Source of the DNA: an uncultured Clostridia bacterium
Lineage (GTDB): Bacteria; Bacillota; Clostridia; Christensenellales; UBA1242
NCBI GenBank assembly: GCA_944383385.1
Contig: CALWPI010000001.1
Span: forward strand, 10,170 to 74,169
DNA length: 64,000 nt
Direction: 5' to 3'
The notes beneath the pieces are model-generated. The model saw only the letters and a list, made by a program, of their open reading frames with translations. It had not been told where the DNA came from and made no database searches. The position numbers were made by a program, and so were the translations under genes. Shown here piece by piece: positions 47,134 through 57,067 of the stretch; positions within the stretch are counted from its first letter, which is position 1, and each line of letters opens with the position of its first letter.

Positions 47134-47925
47134 ATGAGTTTTTTTAGAAAAAAGAAATTGAAAATAGGACTTGCATTTTCCGGTGGTGGAGCAAGGGGAG
47201 TAGCCTATATTGGTGTTATAAAAGCCTTAAAAGAATGTAATGTCAAAATTGATTTTGTTGCTGGTACTTCTGCGGGGGCATTGGGTGCAGTTCTTTTTGC
47301 AAGCGATATGGACATTAATGAATTGGAGAAGAAAGCAATAGAATTAAATACAAAAGACATTAGGGCAAGCAAAATACCTTTTTTGCCAACATCAACAGAC
47401 AAATTGCAAGCACTTATCAAAGAAACAATTAGATACAAAAATCTAGAAGATTTGCCTATACCTTGCTGTGTAGTTGCATGTGATATGATAAAAGCAGAAG
47501 AAGTCGATTTTACAAAAGGCGATATATCAAAAGTAGTTGCTGGGTCATGTTGTGCGCCAGGATTTTTTACACCTGTTGAATATAAAGATTATCATTTGAT
47601 GGATGGTGGACTTATTAACAACATTCCTGCAAATATTTGTCGTCAACATGGTTGTGATATTGTGATTGCTGTTGATGCAAATAGCACTCGTGGATATGGC
47701 ACAGAAAGTTTGAAAACAATCGATTGCTTGCTTGCAGCAATGCGCATACTTATGAAAAACAATAGTGTGTCTGGATATGAAAATGCTGACATTGTCATTC
47801 AACCAAATCTAAAACAGTACAAGATAACAAAGCTTGAAAACACGCAGTCAGTTATTGATGAAGGATATAGAGCTACAATGCTCAAAATGATGGAAATTGA
47901 GAAATTAATTGCCAATAAAAAGTGA
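47134..47925 (+). CDS. Patatin-like phospholipase
   Basis: GAGGTG SD before ATG 47134. Oxyanion motif FSGGGARG, nucleophile elbow GTSAG, and catalytic Asp motif MDGGLINNIP. Confidence 0.88.
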   Translation: MSFFRKKKLKIGLAFSGGGARGVAYIGVIKALKECNVKIDFVAGTSAGALGAVLFASDMDINELEKKAIELNTKDIRASKIPFLPTSTDKLQALIKETIRYKNLEDLPIPCCVVACDMIKAEEVDFTKGDISKVVAGSCCAPGFFTPVEYKDYHLMDGGLINNIPANICRQHGCDIVIAVDANSTRGYGTESLKTIDCLLAAMRILMKNNSVSGYENADIVIQPNLKQYKITKLENTQSVIDEGYRATMLKMMEIEKLIANKK

Positions 47926-48053
47926 TTTTAGTCACAAAATATTGTAGTAAATACATAAAAGTATTTACAACACTAGTTTATTTTGATATAATTATCATTG
48001 TAATAAATGATGTGCAAATTGCACATACTATATATTTTTTAGGAGTATTTATT

Positions 48054-49427
48054 TTGAACCCGCTTTTATGTATGTTAGGAGCTTCTAACATAACAATTGA
48101 TATCGTATTGATATTAAGTATTATTGTTTTATTGCTGTTATCAGCATTTTTTTCGTCTTGTGAGACAGCGTTTAGTACGTTAAACATGTTGAGACTAAAA
48201 TCATATGTGGATAATGGAGTAAAGAGTGCAAAACGTACCGTGTACATAGTAGAAAATTTTGATAAGGCACTTGTTACTATTTTGGTTGGTAATAACCTTG
48301 TTAATATCGCAAGTACGACAATTTGTGCATACTTGTTTGCAAACTGGATACTAAATCCAACAGTTGCAAATGTGACGAACACTGTTGTTATGACAATTAT
48401 CGTTTTGACTTTTGGAGAGATTTTGCCAAAATGTCTTGCTAAACAAAATCCTGAAAAATTGGCTATGCGTTTTTCTGGCATTATGAGATTCTTTATGAGA
48501 GTGTTGTTTCCTGTTTCTTGGGTGTTTTATAATGTACAAAAAATACTTACAAGAAGGGTAAAGGCTGACGATTCTCCAACAGTTACTGAGGACGAACTTG
48601 AAAATATCATTGACACAATGGAAGAAGAGGGCGTTATCGAAAAAGATGATGCAGACATGATGCAAGGAGTGCTTGATATTCAAGATAAGACATCTTACGA
48701 CATTATGACTCCACGTGTTGATATGGTTGGTGCAAAGTGTGATAATAGTAAACAAAATATTGAACACATAAAAGATATATTCTTGCAATCACAATACAGT
48801 CGTATTCCTTTGTATGAGACGGATAAAGACCACGTCATTGGCATTTTGAACCAAAAAGACTTCTTTGGGGCATTATTAAAAGGTGAAAATATCGATTTGA
48901 CCAAAATGATGTCACAGCCAGTCTATGTCAGTGAACAATTGAAAGTTGACGACCTTATTAGACGTATGCAACAAGAAAAACAACATATGGCAATTGTTGT
49001 CGACGAACATGGTGGAACAAGTGGATTAGTTTCATTAGAAGATGCAATAGAAGAAATGGTTGGTGAAATATATGACGAACATGATGATTCTACCGACCAA
49101 AAGATAATGATATCTCAAATAGATGAAAACCATTATGAAGTTGATGGCGAAATGGGTCTTAAAGATTTGTTTGACTATTTGGGAATTGAACATGTACCAA
49201 ATACTGATTACAATTCTGTGGCTGGATTTTTATATGAATTGTCGGAAAACTTACCACAACTCAATAAAGAATTGTCCATTCAAACAATTGATGATGTTAT
49301 GCAACCAGATGGGACTTTTGTAGAAAAGAGAGTCGACTTGACCTTCAAGTTAATAGACTTGAAAGGAAAAAGAATAAAGAAAGCATTATTGACTGTTAAT
49401 AGAGAACCAAATAATGAAGAAAATTAA
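48054..49427 (+). CDS. HlyC/CorC-family (CNNM/DUF21-CBS-CorC) transporter
   Basis: The track ORF starts at 47922, but AGGAG (48041-48045) followed by TTG 48054 (or ATG 48072) fits better. The protein has a DUF21 TM region, a CBS pair, and a CorC_HlyC region containing HGGTSGLVSLEDAIEEMVGEI. Confidence 0.85.
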   Translation: MNPLLCMLGASNITIDIVLILSIIVLLLLSAFFSSCETAFSTLNMLRLKSYVDNGVKSAKRTVYIVENFDKALVTILVGNNLVNIASTTICAYLFANWILNPTVANVTNTVVMTIIVLTFGEILPKCLAKQNPEKLAMRFSGIMRFFMRVLFPVSWVFYNVQKILTRRVKADDSPTVTEDELENIIDTMEEEGVIEKDDADMMQGVLDIQDKTSYDIMTPRVDMVGAKCDNSKQNIEHIKDIFLQSQYSRIPLYETDKDHVIGILNQKDFFGALLKGENIDLTKMMSQPVYVSEQLKVDDLIRRMQQEKQHMAIVVDEHGGTSGLVSLEDAIEEMVGEIYDEHDDSTDQKIMISQIDENHYEVDGEMGLKDLFDYLGIEHVPNTDYNSVAGFLYELSENLPQLNKELSIQTIDDVMQPDGTFVEKRVDLTFKLIDLKGKRIKKALLTVNREPNNEEN

Positions 49428-49456
49428 AAGATGTATATAAGTACATCTTTTTTTAT
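49427..49456 (+). terminator. Intrinsic terminator
   Basis: agatgta-tataag-tacatct followed by T7. Confidence 0.8.
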
Positions 49457-49586
49457 TTTATAAAAAAATTTGTTCACAATTATTTATTTTTTGATTTAGA
49501 TGTGATATAATAAGCCGTTGTTTGTTTTCAAACAATCATTTTTTTCGTGTAAATTTCGTGATAATCAAAATATTTTGGAGAAGGTT

Positions 49587-51422
49587 ATGAAGAAAAATAT
49601 AAGAAATATAGCTATAATTGCACACGTTGACCATGGTAAGACATCACTTGTGAATGAGATGTTGAAGCAAGGTGGTGTTTTTAGAGAAAATCAAGAAGTT
49701 CAAGACCGTGTAATGGATAGTGGTGAGATTGAAAGAGAAAGAGGAATTACCATTTTATCAAAAAACACATCATGCATGTTTGAAGGAGTCAAAATAAATA
49801 TAATTGATACACCAGGACACGCAGATTTTGGTGGAGAAGTTGAAAGAATTTTGAAAATGGTAGACGGTGTTCTTTTGGTGGTCGACGCATTTGAAGGACC
49901 AATGCCACAGACTAGATTTGTTCTTGAAAAAGCATTAGCACTCAATCATAAAGTTATAGTAGTTGTAAATAAGATTGATAAAAAAGATGCTCGTTGTCAT
50001 GAAGTTATAGATGAAGTATTGGAGTTATTTCTCGACCTTGATGCCAATGACGAACAACTCAACAGCCCATTTATCTTTGCTTCTGCAAGATTAGGAGTGG
50101 CTAGTGATGACCCTGACACATTGGGCACTGATATGAAGCCTTTGTTTAGAAAAATAGTTGAATATATTGATGCACCAGAAGACAGAGACAATGAACCATT
50201 TCAAATGCTAGTAAGTAGCACAGAGCAAAACGATTATCTAGGCAAACTTGCAGTAGGCAAAATTGAGCGTGGCGTAGTCAAAATTGGAGACACAATTGCA
50301 ATAACAAATTATCATGATAATGATACCAAAAAATCTAATTTCAAAGTAGTCAATATTTTTCAATTTGATGGATTAAAAAGGACTCCTTACGACAGTGCAG
50401 ATAGTGGTAATATTGTTTGTATCGCAGGTAGCGAAGAAGTAACTATTGGGGATACATTGTGCGACAAAAACAATATAGAAGCTATTCCTTTTGTTAAAAT
50501 TAGCGAACCTAGTGTAGAAATGAGCTTTATGGTCAATAATAGCCCATTTGCAGGCAAAGAAGGCAAATATTGTACAAGTAGACACATTAGAGAAAGATTG
50601 TTTAAGGAAGCAGCCAAAGACCTTTCATTGCGTGTGTTTGAGACAGATAGTGCAGATACATTTAAGGTGCTTGGTAGAGGAGAAATGCATATTTCTATCT
50701 TGATTGAAAATATGCGTCGTGATGGATACGAATTCCAAGTCAGTATGCCAAAAGTCTTGATAAAAGAAATTGACGGTCAAAAGTGTGAACCAATAGATGA
50801 TTTGTTTATAGATGTACCAGTAGACTGTGTTGGGAATATCATAACAGCAATGGGAAATAGAAGAGGCGAATTAATCAACATGACTCCACATGGCAGTCGT
50901 ACAAAACTTGAATTTCACATTCCTGCACGTGGACTATTTGGATACAAGAGCGAATTTATGACATCCACTCGTGGTGAAGGAATAATGAATAGTATATTCT
51001 ATGAATACGAGCCATACAAGGGACATATTGATAGGAGAAATTATGGTGCGCTTATTGCATATGAAACAGGAGAGGCAGTTATATACGGACTCTACAACTC
51101 ACAAGAACGTGGTAAACTACTCATTACACCAGGCGAAAAAGTGTATGGTGGTATGATTGTTGGAATGAATCCAAAGGGAGGAGACATTGTTGTCAATGTA
51201 TGCAAGAAAAAGCAATTGACAAATATGCGTAGTAGCGCATCTGATGAGGCATTGAGACTCGAACCAGTCAAGAAATTGACACTTGAAGAATGTTTGGAGT
51301 TCCTTGATGATGATGAGCTTTTGGAAGTCACACCAACATCACTTCGACTTCGTAAAATCATACTCGACCACACTCAAAGAGGTCGTGCTGATTTTAGAAA
51401 GAAAAATAATATTGATTTATAA
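49587..51422 (+). CDS. typA: Translational GTPase TypA/BipA
   Basis: GGAGAAGG SD before ATG 49587 (track ORF starts at 49518). The product reads MKKNIRNIAIIAHVDHGKTSL ... DTPGHADFGGEVER ... NKIDK. Confidence 0.95.
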   Translation: MKKNIRNIAIIAHVDHGKTSLVNEMLKQGGVFRENQEVQDRVMDSGEIERERGITILSKNTSCMFEGVKINIIDTPGHADFGGEVERILKMVDGVLLVVDAFEGPMPQTRFVLEKALALNHKVIVVVNKIDKKDARCHEVIDEVLELFLDLDANDEQLNSPFIFASARLGVASDDPDTLGTDMKPLFRKIVEYIDAPEDRDNEPFQMLVSSTEQNDYLGKLAVGKIERGVVKIGDTIAITNYHDNDTKKSNFKVVNIFQFDGLKRTPYDSADSGNIVCIAGSEEVTIGDTLCDKNNIEAIPFVKISEPSVEMSFMVNNSPFAGKEGKYCTSRHIRERLFKEAAKDLSLRVFETDSADTFKVLGRGEMHISILIENMRRDGYEFQVSMPKVLIKEIDGQKCEPIDDLFIDVPVDCVGNIITAMGNRRGELINMTPHGSRTKLEFHIPARGLFGYKSEFMTSTRGEGIMNSIFYEYEPYKGHIDRRNYGALIAYETGEAVIYGLYNSQERGKLLITPGEKVYGGMIVGMNPKGGDIVVNVCKKKQLTNMRSSASDEALRLEPVKKLTLEECLEFLDDDELLEVTPTSLRLRKIILDHTQRGRADFRKKNNIDL

Positions 51423-51471
51423 AATATTCAGTAATTATTTAATAAAATATATATAATTTTAGATAAAAACA

Positions 51472-51500
51472 TTGACATTTAGTCATTATTATACTAGAAT
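51472..51500 (+). promoter_or_regulatory. Sigma-A-type promoter of rplM-rpsI
   Basis: TTGACA - 17 nt - TAGAAT. The hairpin atatgca-attagcccc-tgcatat in the ~60-nt leader could be an L13-leader-like element; this is untested. Confidence 0.5.
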
Positions 51501-51568
51501 TATAAAGCGAATATGCAATTAGCCCCTGCATATCAAATTGAAAAAATAAAACATTTTAGGAGAAATAT

Positions 51569-52012
51569 ATGAAAACAGTTATGACAAATGCTCAAACTGT
51601 GGAAAGAGAGTGGTTGTTAGTAGACGCTGCCAATATTCCACTAGGAAGAGTCGCTAGTCAAGTTGCTGCTATCCTTCGTGGAAAGCACAAACCTACATAC
51701 ACTCCACATTTTGATGCAGGAGATTATGTAATAGTAATTAATACAGACAAAATGGTCCTTACTGGAAACAAAATGGAAGAAAAATTGTATCGCCATTATT
51801 CAGGATATCCAGGTGGATTAAAAGAAATCTCATACAAAGACCTTATGGCAAATCGTAGTGATTTCGCACTAGAAGTTGCAGTAAAGGGAATGTTGCCAAA
51901 GAACTCATTGGGACGTCAAATGTTCACAAAACTACATTGCTACAAAGGTGCAACACATCCTCATACAGCACAAAAACCAAGAAAAATTGAAATCAAGGGG
52001 GAAGTTAGATAA
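51569..52012 (+). CDS. rplM: 50S ribosomal protein L13
   Basis: [36 protein letters not shown]. Confidence 0.97.
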   Translation: MKTVMTNAQTVEREWLLVDAANIPLGRVASQVAAILRGKHKPTYTPHFDAGDYVIVINTDKMVLTGNKMEEKLYRHYSGYPGGLKEISYKDLMANRSDFALEVAVKGMLPKNSLGRQMFTKLHCYKGATHPHTAQKPRKIEIKGEVR

Positions 52013-52425
52013 TGGCAAAGGCAGTCAAAAATGTCAAGACAGTATCATTTGCAGGTACTGGTCGTAGAAAACAAAGTATTGCTCGTGTTAGACTTGTTCC
52101 TGGTCAAGGTCAATTTGTGGTCAATGGTAAAAATCTTGATGAATATTTTGGTCATGGTACACACAAGTCTGTTGCTAAACAACCTTTAACACTTACAAAG
52201 ACAGAAGAAAAATATGATGTTACTGTCAATGTCAATGGTGGTGGATTCACAGGTCAAGCTGGTGCTATCCGTCACGGTGTTGCTCGTGCACTATGCAAAG
52301 CAGACGAACAACTTCGTCCTGAACTCAAAAAAGCAGGTTACTTGTCTCGTGATGCAAGAGTCAAAGAGAGAAAGAAATATGGTCTCAAAAAGGCTCGTAA
52401 AGCACCACAATTTAGAAAGAGATAA
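52012..52425 (+). CDS. rpsI: 30S ribosomal protein S9
   Basis: [14 protein letters not shown] ... [14 protein letters not shown] ... APQFRKR. Confidence 0.97.
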   Translation: MAKAVKNVKTVSFAGTGRRKQSIARVRLVPGQGQFVVNGKNLDEYFGHGTHKSVAKQPLTLTKTEEKYDVTVNVNGGGFTGQAGAIRHGVARALCKADEQLRPELKKAGYLSRDARVKERKKYGLKKARKAPQFRKR

Positions 52426-52431
52426 TATTTT

Positions 52432-52461
52432 GAAGAGATACTTTGGTATCTCTTTTTTTTG
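52432..52461 (+). terminator. Intrinsic terminator
   Basis: gaagagatac-tttg-gtatctctt followed by T8. Confidence 0.85.
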
Positions 52462-52526
52462 TACATTTTGTCGCTGTTGACTAAACTATAAAATGTGTTG
52501 TATAATAATTATATATGGAGGCGTTT

Positions 52527-53423
52527 ATGTCCAAAAAAATAAGTGCTATATTTTCTAGTTTGTTTGTAGTTTTGATGATATTTAGTGTGTTTTTGTTGTC
52601 AGCATGTGGTGATACAAAATTTGTCACAGTGACCATTCATCAAGATACATTTGATAGATACATTATTGAAGATAACAAAACTGAATTGCGCATAAAAAGA
52701 GGCGATGACTTGACGCTTCATTATACAATTACTGACGGACTTGAATATGATGAGATACCAGTCTTTAATGTTACATCTAGTGACGGCACAGTTTTCAAGT
52801 ACGACTTTGTTGAAGGGCAAAATGCTTTTACTATAAAGAATATTACAAAAGATGTGACTGTTTCGTGGGCAAATCCACCTTCAAATTCATATAATGTACA
52901 GTTTTATAATGGCGATAGTTTGCTTGGGACATACAAAACAACTGCAAATCAGTTGGTTAATATGACTTGGCTTGACGAAATACAAGAGATGATGAAGGAT
53001 ACAGATACGCCATATTTAGTCGGCTTATATACTGACAGGGCACTAAACACATCTTTTGATGCAACTGCCACAGTTGGACATGATATAAATGTGTATACAA
53101 AATGGAATTATGCGCCATGTGTGTTTGTGACTCGCACTCCAAATGTAGATTTTGTATCACAATCTTCTAGTCTTTCAGACCTTACTGCTGTTCAAGAATG
53201 GAGCTATTTTGATTATAAAATATATGAACAACCAAATGAGGCTGGGTCAAAATGTTCTTTTATGGTGACTGGGACAAGTGAATTGCATATATACAATATG
53301 TTTGGTACAAAAGGAAATGATTTGAAAACAGATTTGATAACAGGCACTATTGCAGAAGGCGAAAGATATGTGTATACTCTTGATGCGACAAAAATAACGA
53401 GTTCAATCTTAATATCATTTTAG
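52527..53423 (+). CDS. Lipoprotein with a Listeria/Bacteroides-type (Flg_new) repeat
   Basis: GGAGG SD before ATG 52527. The signal is MSKKISAIFSSLFVVLMIFSVFLLSA|C. The repeat signature is YNVQFYNGDSLLGTY ... LVGLYTDRALNTSFDATATVGHDINVYTKW. Confidence 0.7.
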   Translation: MSKKISAIFSSLFVVLMIFSVFLLSACGDTKFVTVTIHQDTFDRYIIEDNKTELRIKRGDDLTLHYTITDGLEYDEIPVFNVTSSDGTVFKYDFVEGQNAFTIKNITKDVTVSWANPPSNSYNVQFYNGDSLLGTYKTTANQLVNMTWLDEIQEMMKDTDTPYLVGLYTDRALNTSFDATATVGHDINVYTKWNYAPCVFVTRTPNVDFVSQSSSLSDLTAVQEWSYFDYKIYEQPNEAGSKCSFMVTGTSELHIYNMFGTKGNDLKTDLITGTIAEGERYVYTLDATKITSSILISF

Positions 53424-53425
53424 TG

Positions 53426-53454
53426 AAAAAGACAAGTTTTGCTTGTCTTTTTTG
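53426..53454 (+). terminator. Intrinsic terminator
   Basis: agacaag-ttttg-cttgtct followed by T6. Confidence 0.8.
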
Positions 53455-53599
53455 TTGTAAAAAATAATATTATAGTATAAACTAAATTATATTTTGAAAA
53501 TATTGAGCAAAGGCAATATTTTTTATGGAATAATATATAAAAATATTATAATATTCTGTACATAATATTACTAAAAATTATAATAAAAAAGGAAGACAT

Positions 53600-54490
53600 A
53601 TGGAAAAATTTGATACAATTATTATTGGTGCTGGTCCTGCGGGATTGACTGCAAGTATATATTCAGTTCGTGCTGGTAAAAAAGTTTTGGTACTAGCTGG
53701 CGATATGATAGGAGGTCAGGCTAGCCTATCTAGTGTAGTTGAGAATTATCCTGGATTTGAAAAAATAACAGGTGTTGAACTCGCTATGAAAATGTATTCG
53801 CAGGCAAGCAATTTGGGTGCAACAATTGTATATGAAAAAGCAATAAACATCAAATATGATAATAAAATTTTTGAAGTAGCCACACCTAGTAGCACATTTT
53901 TTGCCCATAACATAATATTAAGTATGGGGGCAAAAGCAAGGCATTTAGGTATCCCAGCAGAAGAGAAGTTTGTAGGTCGTGGAGTGGGATATTGTGCAAT
54001 TTGCGATGGCGGGCTATACAAAGGCAAAGATGTGGTAATAGTTGGTGGTGGAGATAGTGCAGTCGAGGACACTATATACTTATCCAATCTAGTAAACAAA
54101 GTGACCATGATTGTTCGCAAAGGCGAATTGAAATGTCAACATTATTTGTTTGAGGAATTGATGCGTGCCAAAGAAAAGGGCAATATCGAAATAGTATACA
54201 ATGCAAATGTTGTTGATATTTTGGGAGACAATGTAGTAAGCAGTGTCAAACTAGACAATGGTCAAACGATAAGTTGTCAAGGTGTATTTATAGCAATAGG
54301 TAGGATACCAGATACTGATTTGGTCAAAGACTTGGTCGAGTTGGATAAAGGTTATATTGTATGCAACGAAAATATGCAGACATCTCATCCACACATTTTT
54401 GCTTGTGGTGACGTTCGAAAAAAAGAGGTTAGACAGATTATAACAGCATGTGCAGATGGTGCTGTTGCTGCAACTTTTGCTTCCAAGTAA
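53600..54490 (+). CDS. trxB: Thioredoxin-disulfide reductase
   Basis: FDTIIIGAGPAGLTAS; redox-active CAICDG; GGGDSAVED. Confidence 0.93.
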   Translation: MEKFDTIIIGAGPAGLTASIYSVRAGKKVLVLAGDMIGGQASLSSVVENYPGFEKITGVELAMKMYSQASNLGATIVYEKAINIKYDNKIFEVATPSSTFFAHNIILSMGAKARHLGIPAEEKFVGRGVGYCAICDGGLYKGKDVVIVGGGDSAVEDTIYLSNLVNKVTMIVRKGELKCQHYLFEELMRAKEKGNIEIVYNANVVDILGDNVVSSVKLDNGQTISCQGVFIAIGRIPDTDLVKDLVELDKGYIVCNENMQTSHPHIFACGDVRKKEVRQIITACADGAVAATFASK

Positions 54491-55832
54491 AATTGGAGGT
54501 GATATTATTAAATATTTTGGCACAGACGGTATAAGGGGACATATTGACAAAAATATTAATTCGCAAATTGCATACAATGTTGGCAAAGCAATTGCGTATG
54601 ATATTGTAAATAACAATTATCCAAAATGTGTGCTAATTGGCAAAGACACAAGAACTAGTGGCGACCTTTTGTCGTACTCTTTGGCAAGTGGGCTTATGGA
54701 TTATGGTATTGATGTGCATATCATAGGCATTATATCTACTGGTGGAGTTTCTTATTTGACAAGTATACTCAAAGTTGGATATGGCGTTATGATTACAGCA
54801 TCTCACAATCCGCCAGATATGAATGGCATAAAAATAATGGACAGATTGGGATATAAGATAAATGCAGATATTTGTTCTAGATTGGAAGAATATATGGACA
54901 AAGACATACCTACTTCATTGCAAAAGGGCAAATTATATTTTTCTAATGATTATGTTAAACTATACGAAAATGCACTAAAATCAATTGTTCGTGACATAAA
55001 TGGATACAATATTGTCATAGACACAAGTTTTGGCAGTATGGGCGAAATTGCACCAAAAGTCTTGAAATCACTTGGAGCGAACGTCATATGTATACATACT
55101 GATATAGACAAAGGCCATATAGTCAACAGTCAGTGTGGGGCGCTTTATCCACAAAAATTGCGTGAAGAAGTGCTTTTTCACAAATGTGACATTGGCATTG
55201 GATTTGACGGGGATGCAGATAGATTAGTTATTGTGTTGAATGACGGAACAATCTTGTCAGGTGACGAATTTTTGTATGTAATGGCTAAATATCTAAACAG
55301 TCATAATAAATTGAATGCAAAGTGTGTAGTTGGAACGATTATGACAAATATGGGGTTAGAAAAATCACTTGCAAAATATGATATCAAATTGATACGTACG
55401 CCAGTAGGTGATACAAATGTCATAGAAGAGATTAGAAACAACAATTTGTCACTTGGTGGTGAGAGCAGTGGACACATTTGTTTGCCAAAACTAAATACAA
55501 CGTGTGATGCATTTATGAACGCATTGTATTTGCTAAAAATACAAAAAGAAAATGACATAAAAGGATTTTTAATTGATTTTGTAAAGTATCCACAATTACT
55601 CAAATCCTTTCCTGTAAGTGAAAGGACAAAAAAAGTCATTAGAGAGGAGTGCTTTGTAAAATATATAGAAAATATGTCAAATCAATATGATATACGAATT
55701 GTTGTTCGACCTAGTGGCACAGAAAACTTGTTAAGAGTAATGGTAGAAGGCAATGACAACAAACTCATTGATGATGTACTAAAAAAGATAATAAAGAAGA
55801 TAAAGAAAATTGAAAAAGACGGCGTTATGTAA
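54450..55832 (+). CDS. glmM: Phosphoglucosamine mutase; the coordinates are the maximal ORF, and the true start is probably near 54504-54507
   Basis: KYFGTDGIRG N-terminal motif and active-site TASHNPPDMNGIK. GGAGGT (54495-54500) is followed only by ATT codons before the conserved motif. Confidence 0.9.
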   Translation: MQMVLLLQLLLPSKIGGDIIKYFGTDGIRGHIDKNINSQIAYNVGKAIAYDIVNNNYPKCVLIGKDTRTSGDLLSYSLASGLMDYGIDVHIIGIISTGGVSYLTSILKVGYGVMITASHNPPDMNGIKIMDRLGYKINADICSRLEEYMDKDIPTSLQKGKLYFSNDYVKLYENALKSIVRDINGYNIVIDTSFGSMGEIAPKVLKSLGANVICIHTDIDKGHIVNSQCGALYPQKLREEVLFHKCDIGIGFDGDADRLVIVLNDGTILSGDEFLYVMAKYLNSHNKLNAKCVVGTIMTNMGLEKSLAKYDIKLIRTPVGDTNVIEEIRNNNLSLGGESSGHICLPKLNTTCDAFMNALYLLKIQKENDIKGFLIDFVKYPQLLKSFPVSERTKKVIREECFVKYIENMSNQYDIRIVVRPSGTENLLRVMVEGNDNKLIDDVLKKIIKKIKKIEKDGVM

Positions 55833-55896
55833 TGTCGTCTTTCTTGCATTATATACAATATTTTGATAAAATTTATTTGTACATTAAGGAGAAAAA

Positions 55897-56574
55897 ATGT
55901 TTTTAATTGCCAAAAGTTGGTATGAGTTACTAAAAAATGATTTTGAGAGTAAAGAGTATCAAGATTTTACAAAATGGCTCAATTTAGAGTATCACAATTG
56001 CACAATCTATCCAGAACCAAAAAATGTTTTTAATGCACTCAATCTTGTGCCTTATGACAAAGTAAAGGTTGTAATAATTGGACAAGACCCATATCATGGT
56101 CCACATCAAGCGCATGGACTTTCATTTTCTGTTGAAGGAGATGTGGCAATACCTCCTAGTCTTCAAAATATTTTCAAAGAACTAAAAAACGACGTTGGGT
56201 GTTACATACCAAACAATGGTAATTTGACAAGTTGGGCAAAGCAAGGAGTGTTGCTTCTAAACAGCGTACTCACAGTAAGAGCAGGTTGTCCAAATAGTCA
56301 CAAGGGGAAATATTGGGAAAAACTCACAAGACACATTGTTCAATTACTAAACGATAGAGAAGACCCATGCGTGTTTTTGTTGTGGGGTGGAAATGCAAAA
56401 GCAATGGCAAAATACATTACCAATACTAGACACCTAGTACTTATGAGTGCACACCCATCTCCAATGAGTGCCAATCAAGGTGGTTGGTTTGGCAATCATC
56501 ATTTTTCAAAAACAAATGAGTTTTTGATTAGTTGTGGCAAAACGCCAATCAATTGGCAAATAGAAAACAAATAG
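55897..56574 (+). CDS. ung: Uracil-DNA glycosylase (family 1)
   Basis: VVIIGQDPYHGPHQAHGLSFSV ... HPSPMSA. Confidence 0.95.
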   Translation: MFLIAKSWYELLKNDFESKEYQDFTKWLNLEYHNCTIYPEPKNVFNALNLVPYDKVKVVIIGQDPYHGPHQAHGLSFSVEGDVAIPPSLQNIFKELKNDVGCYIPNNGNLTSWAKQGVLLLNSVLTVRAGCPNSHKGKYWEKLTRHIVQLLNDREDPCVFLLWGGNAKAMAKYITNTRHLVLMSAHPSPMSANQGGWFGNHHFSKTNEFLISCGKTPINWQIENK

Positions 56575-56591
56575 TTAGATAAGGAGATATT

Positions 56592-56993
56592 ATGAAAAAA
56601 GTTTTTAATTATTCAATAATTTTTGTTTTAGTTCTCATTTCGTCTTTTATGCTAATTGGTTGTGGCAGTCAAGTTTATGCAAAATACATTACAATGAGTG
56701 GTGGTAGTAATAGTGTCGAATTTAGAGTAGAATTGACCAATCAAACAAAAGAAACTATAATAGTTTCTCCTGATGATTTTTTCATATCATTAAATGGAAG
56801 TGAAATTATGAAAAAAACCGTTGTCAATTTCAATTCTTCAAGTGAAACAAATCCGTCTATTGGACCAAAAGAAAAAATTACTGTCAAAGTAAGTGCACCT
56901 TGTAAATTGCTTGTTGGCAATTATAATACTTTCGTACTAAAATATGACGGAAAGACGCTTACTCAACAAAAATTATATGTAAGACCAATGTAA
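56592..56993 (+). CDS. Small lipoprotein, function unknown (possibly an Ig-like, DUF4352-like fold)
   Basis: AAGGAGA SD. The signal is MKKVFNYSIIFVLVLISSFMLIG|C. Confidence 0.6.
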   Translation: MKKVFNYSIIFVLVLISSFMLIGCGSQVYAKYITMSGGSNSVEFRVELTNQTKETIIVSPDDFFISLNGSEIMKKTVVNFNSSSETNPSIGPKEKITVKVSAPCKLLVGNYNTFVLKYDGKTLTQQKLYVRPM

Positions 56994-57067
56994 TCATTGT
57001 CAAAAATCAAGTATTGCAAAGAAAGTGCGATTGTGATAAAATGTTTGTATAAAAAGGAATTGATGAT

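Noticed and set aside
47134-47925. Patatin-like phospholipase as a CBASS or other defence effector
   Set aside because: No CD-NTase or cyclase, E1/E2/JAB or other signalling gene is adjacent. The upstream coiled-coil gene is separated by a strong terminator and the downstream gene is a housekeeping-type CorC transporter. I treat it as a stand-alone lipase.
49518-49545. Hairpin ttgtttg-tttt-caaacaa followed by T7 in the typA leader, as a possible attenuator
   Set aside because: The 7-bp stem is almost entirely A-U and would sit at the very 5' end of the predicted transcript, so it is too weak to call as a terminator.
52214-52480. 88-aa + strand ORF in an alternative frame over the 3' half of rpsI
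   Set aside because: It is an out-of-frame overlap with a highly conserved ribosomal protein gene, and it runs through the terminator.
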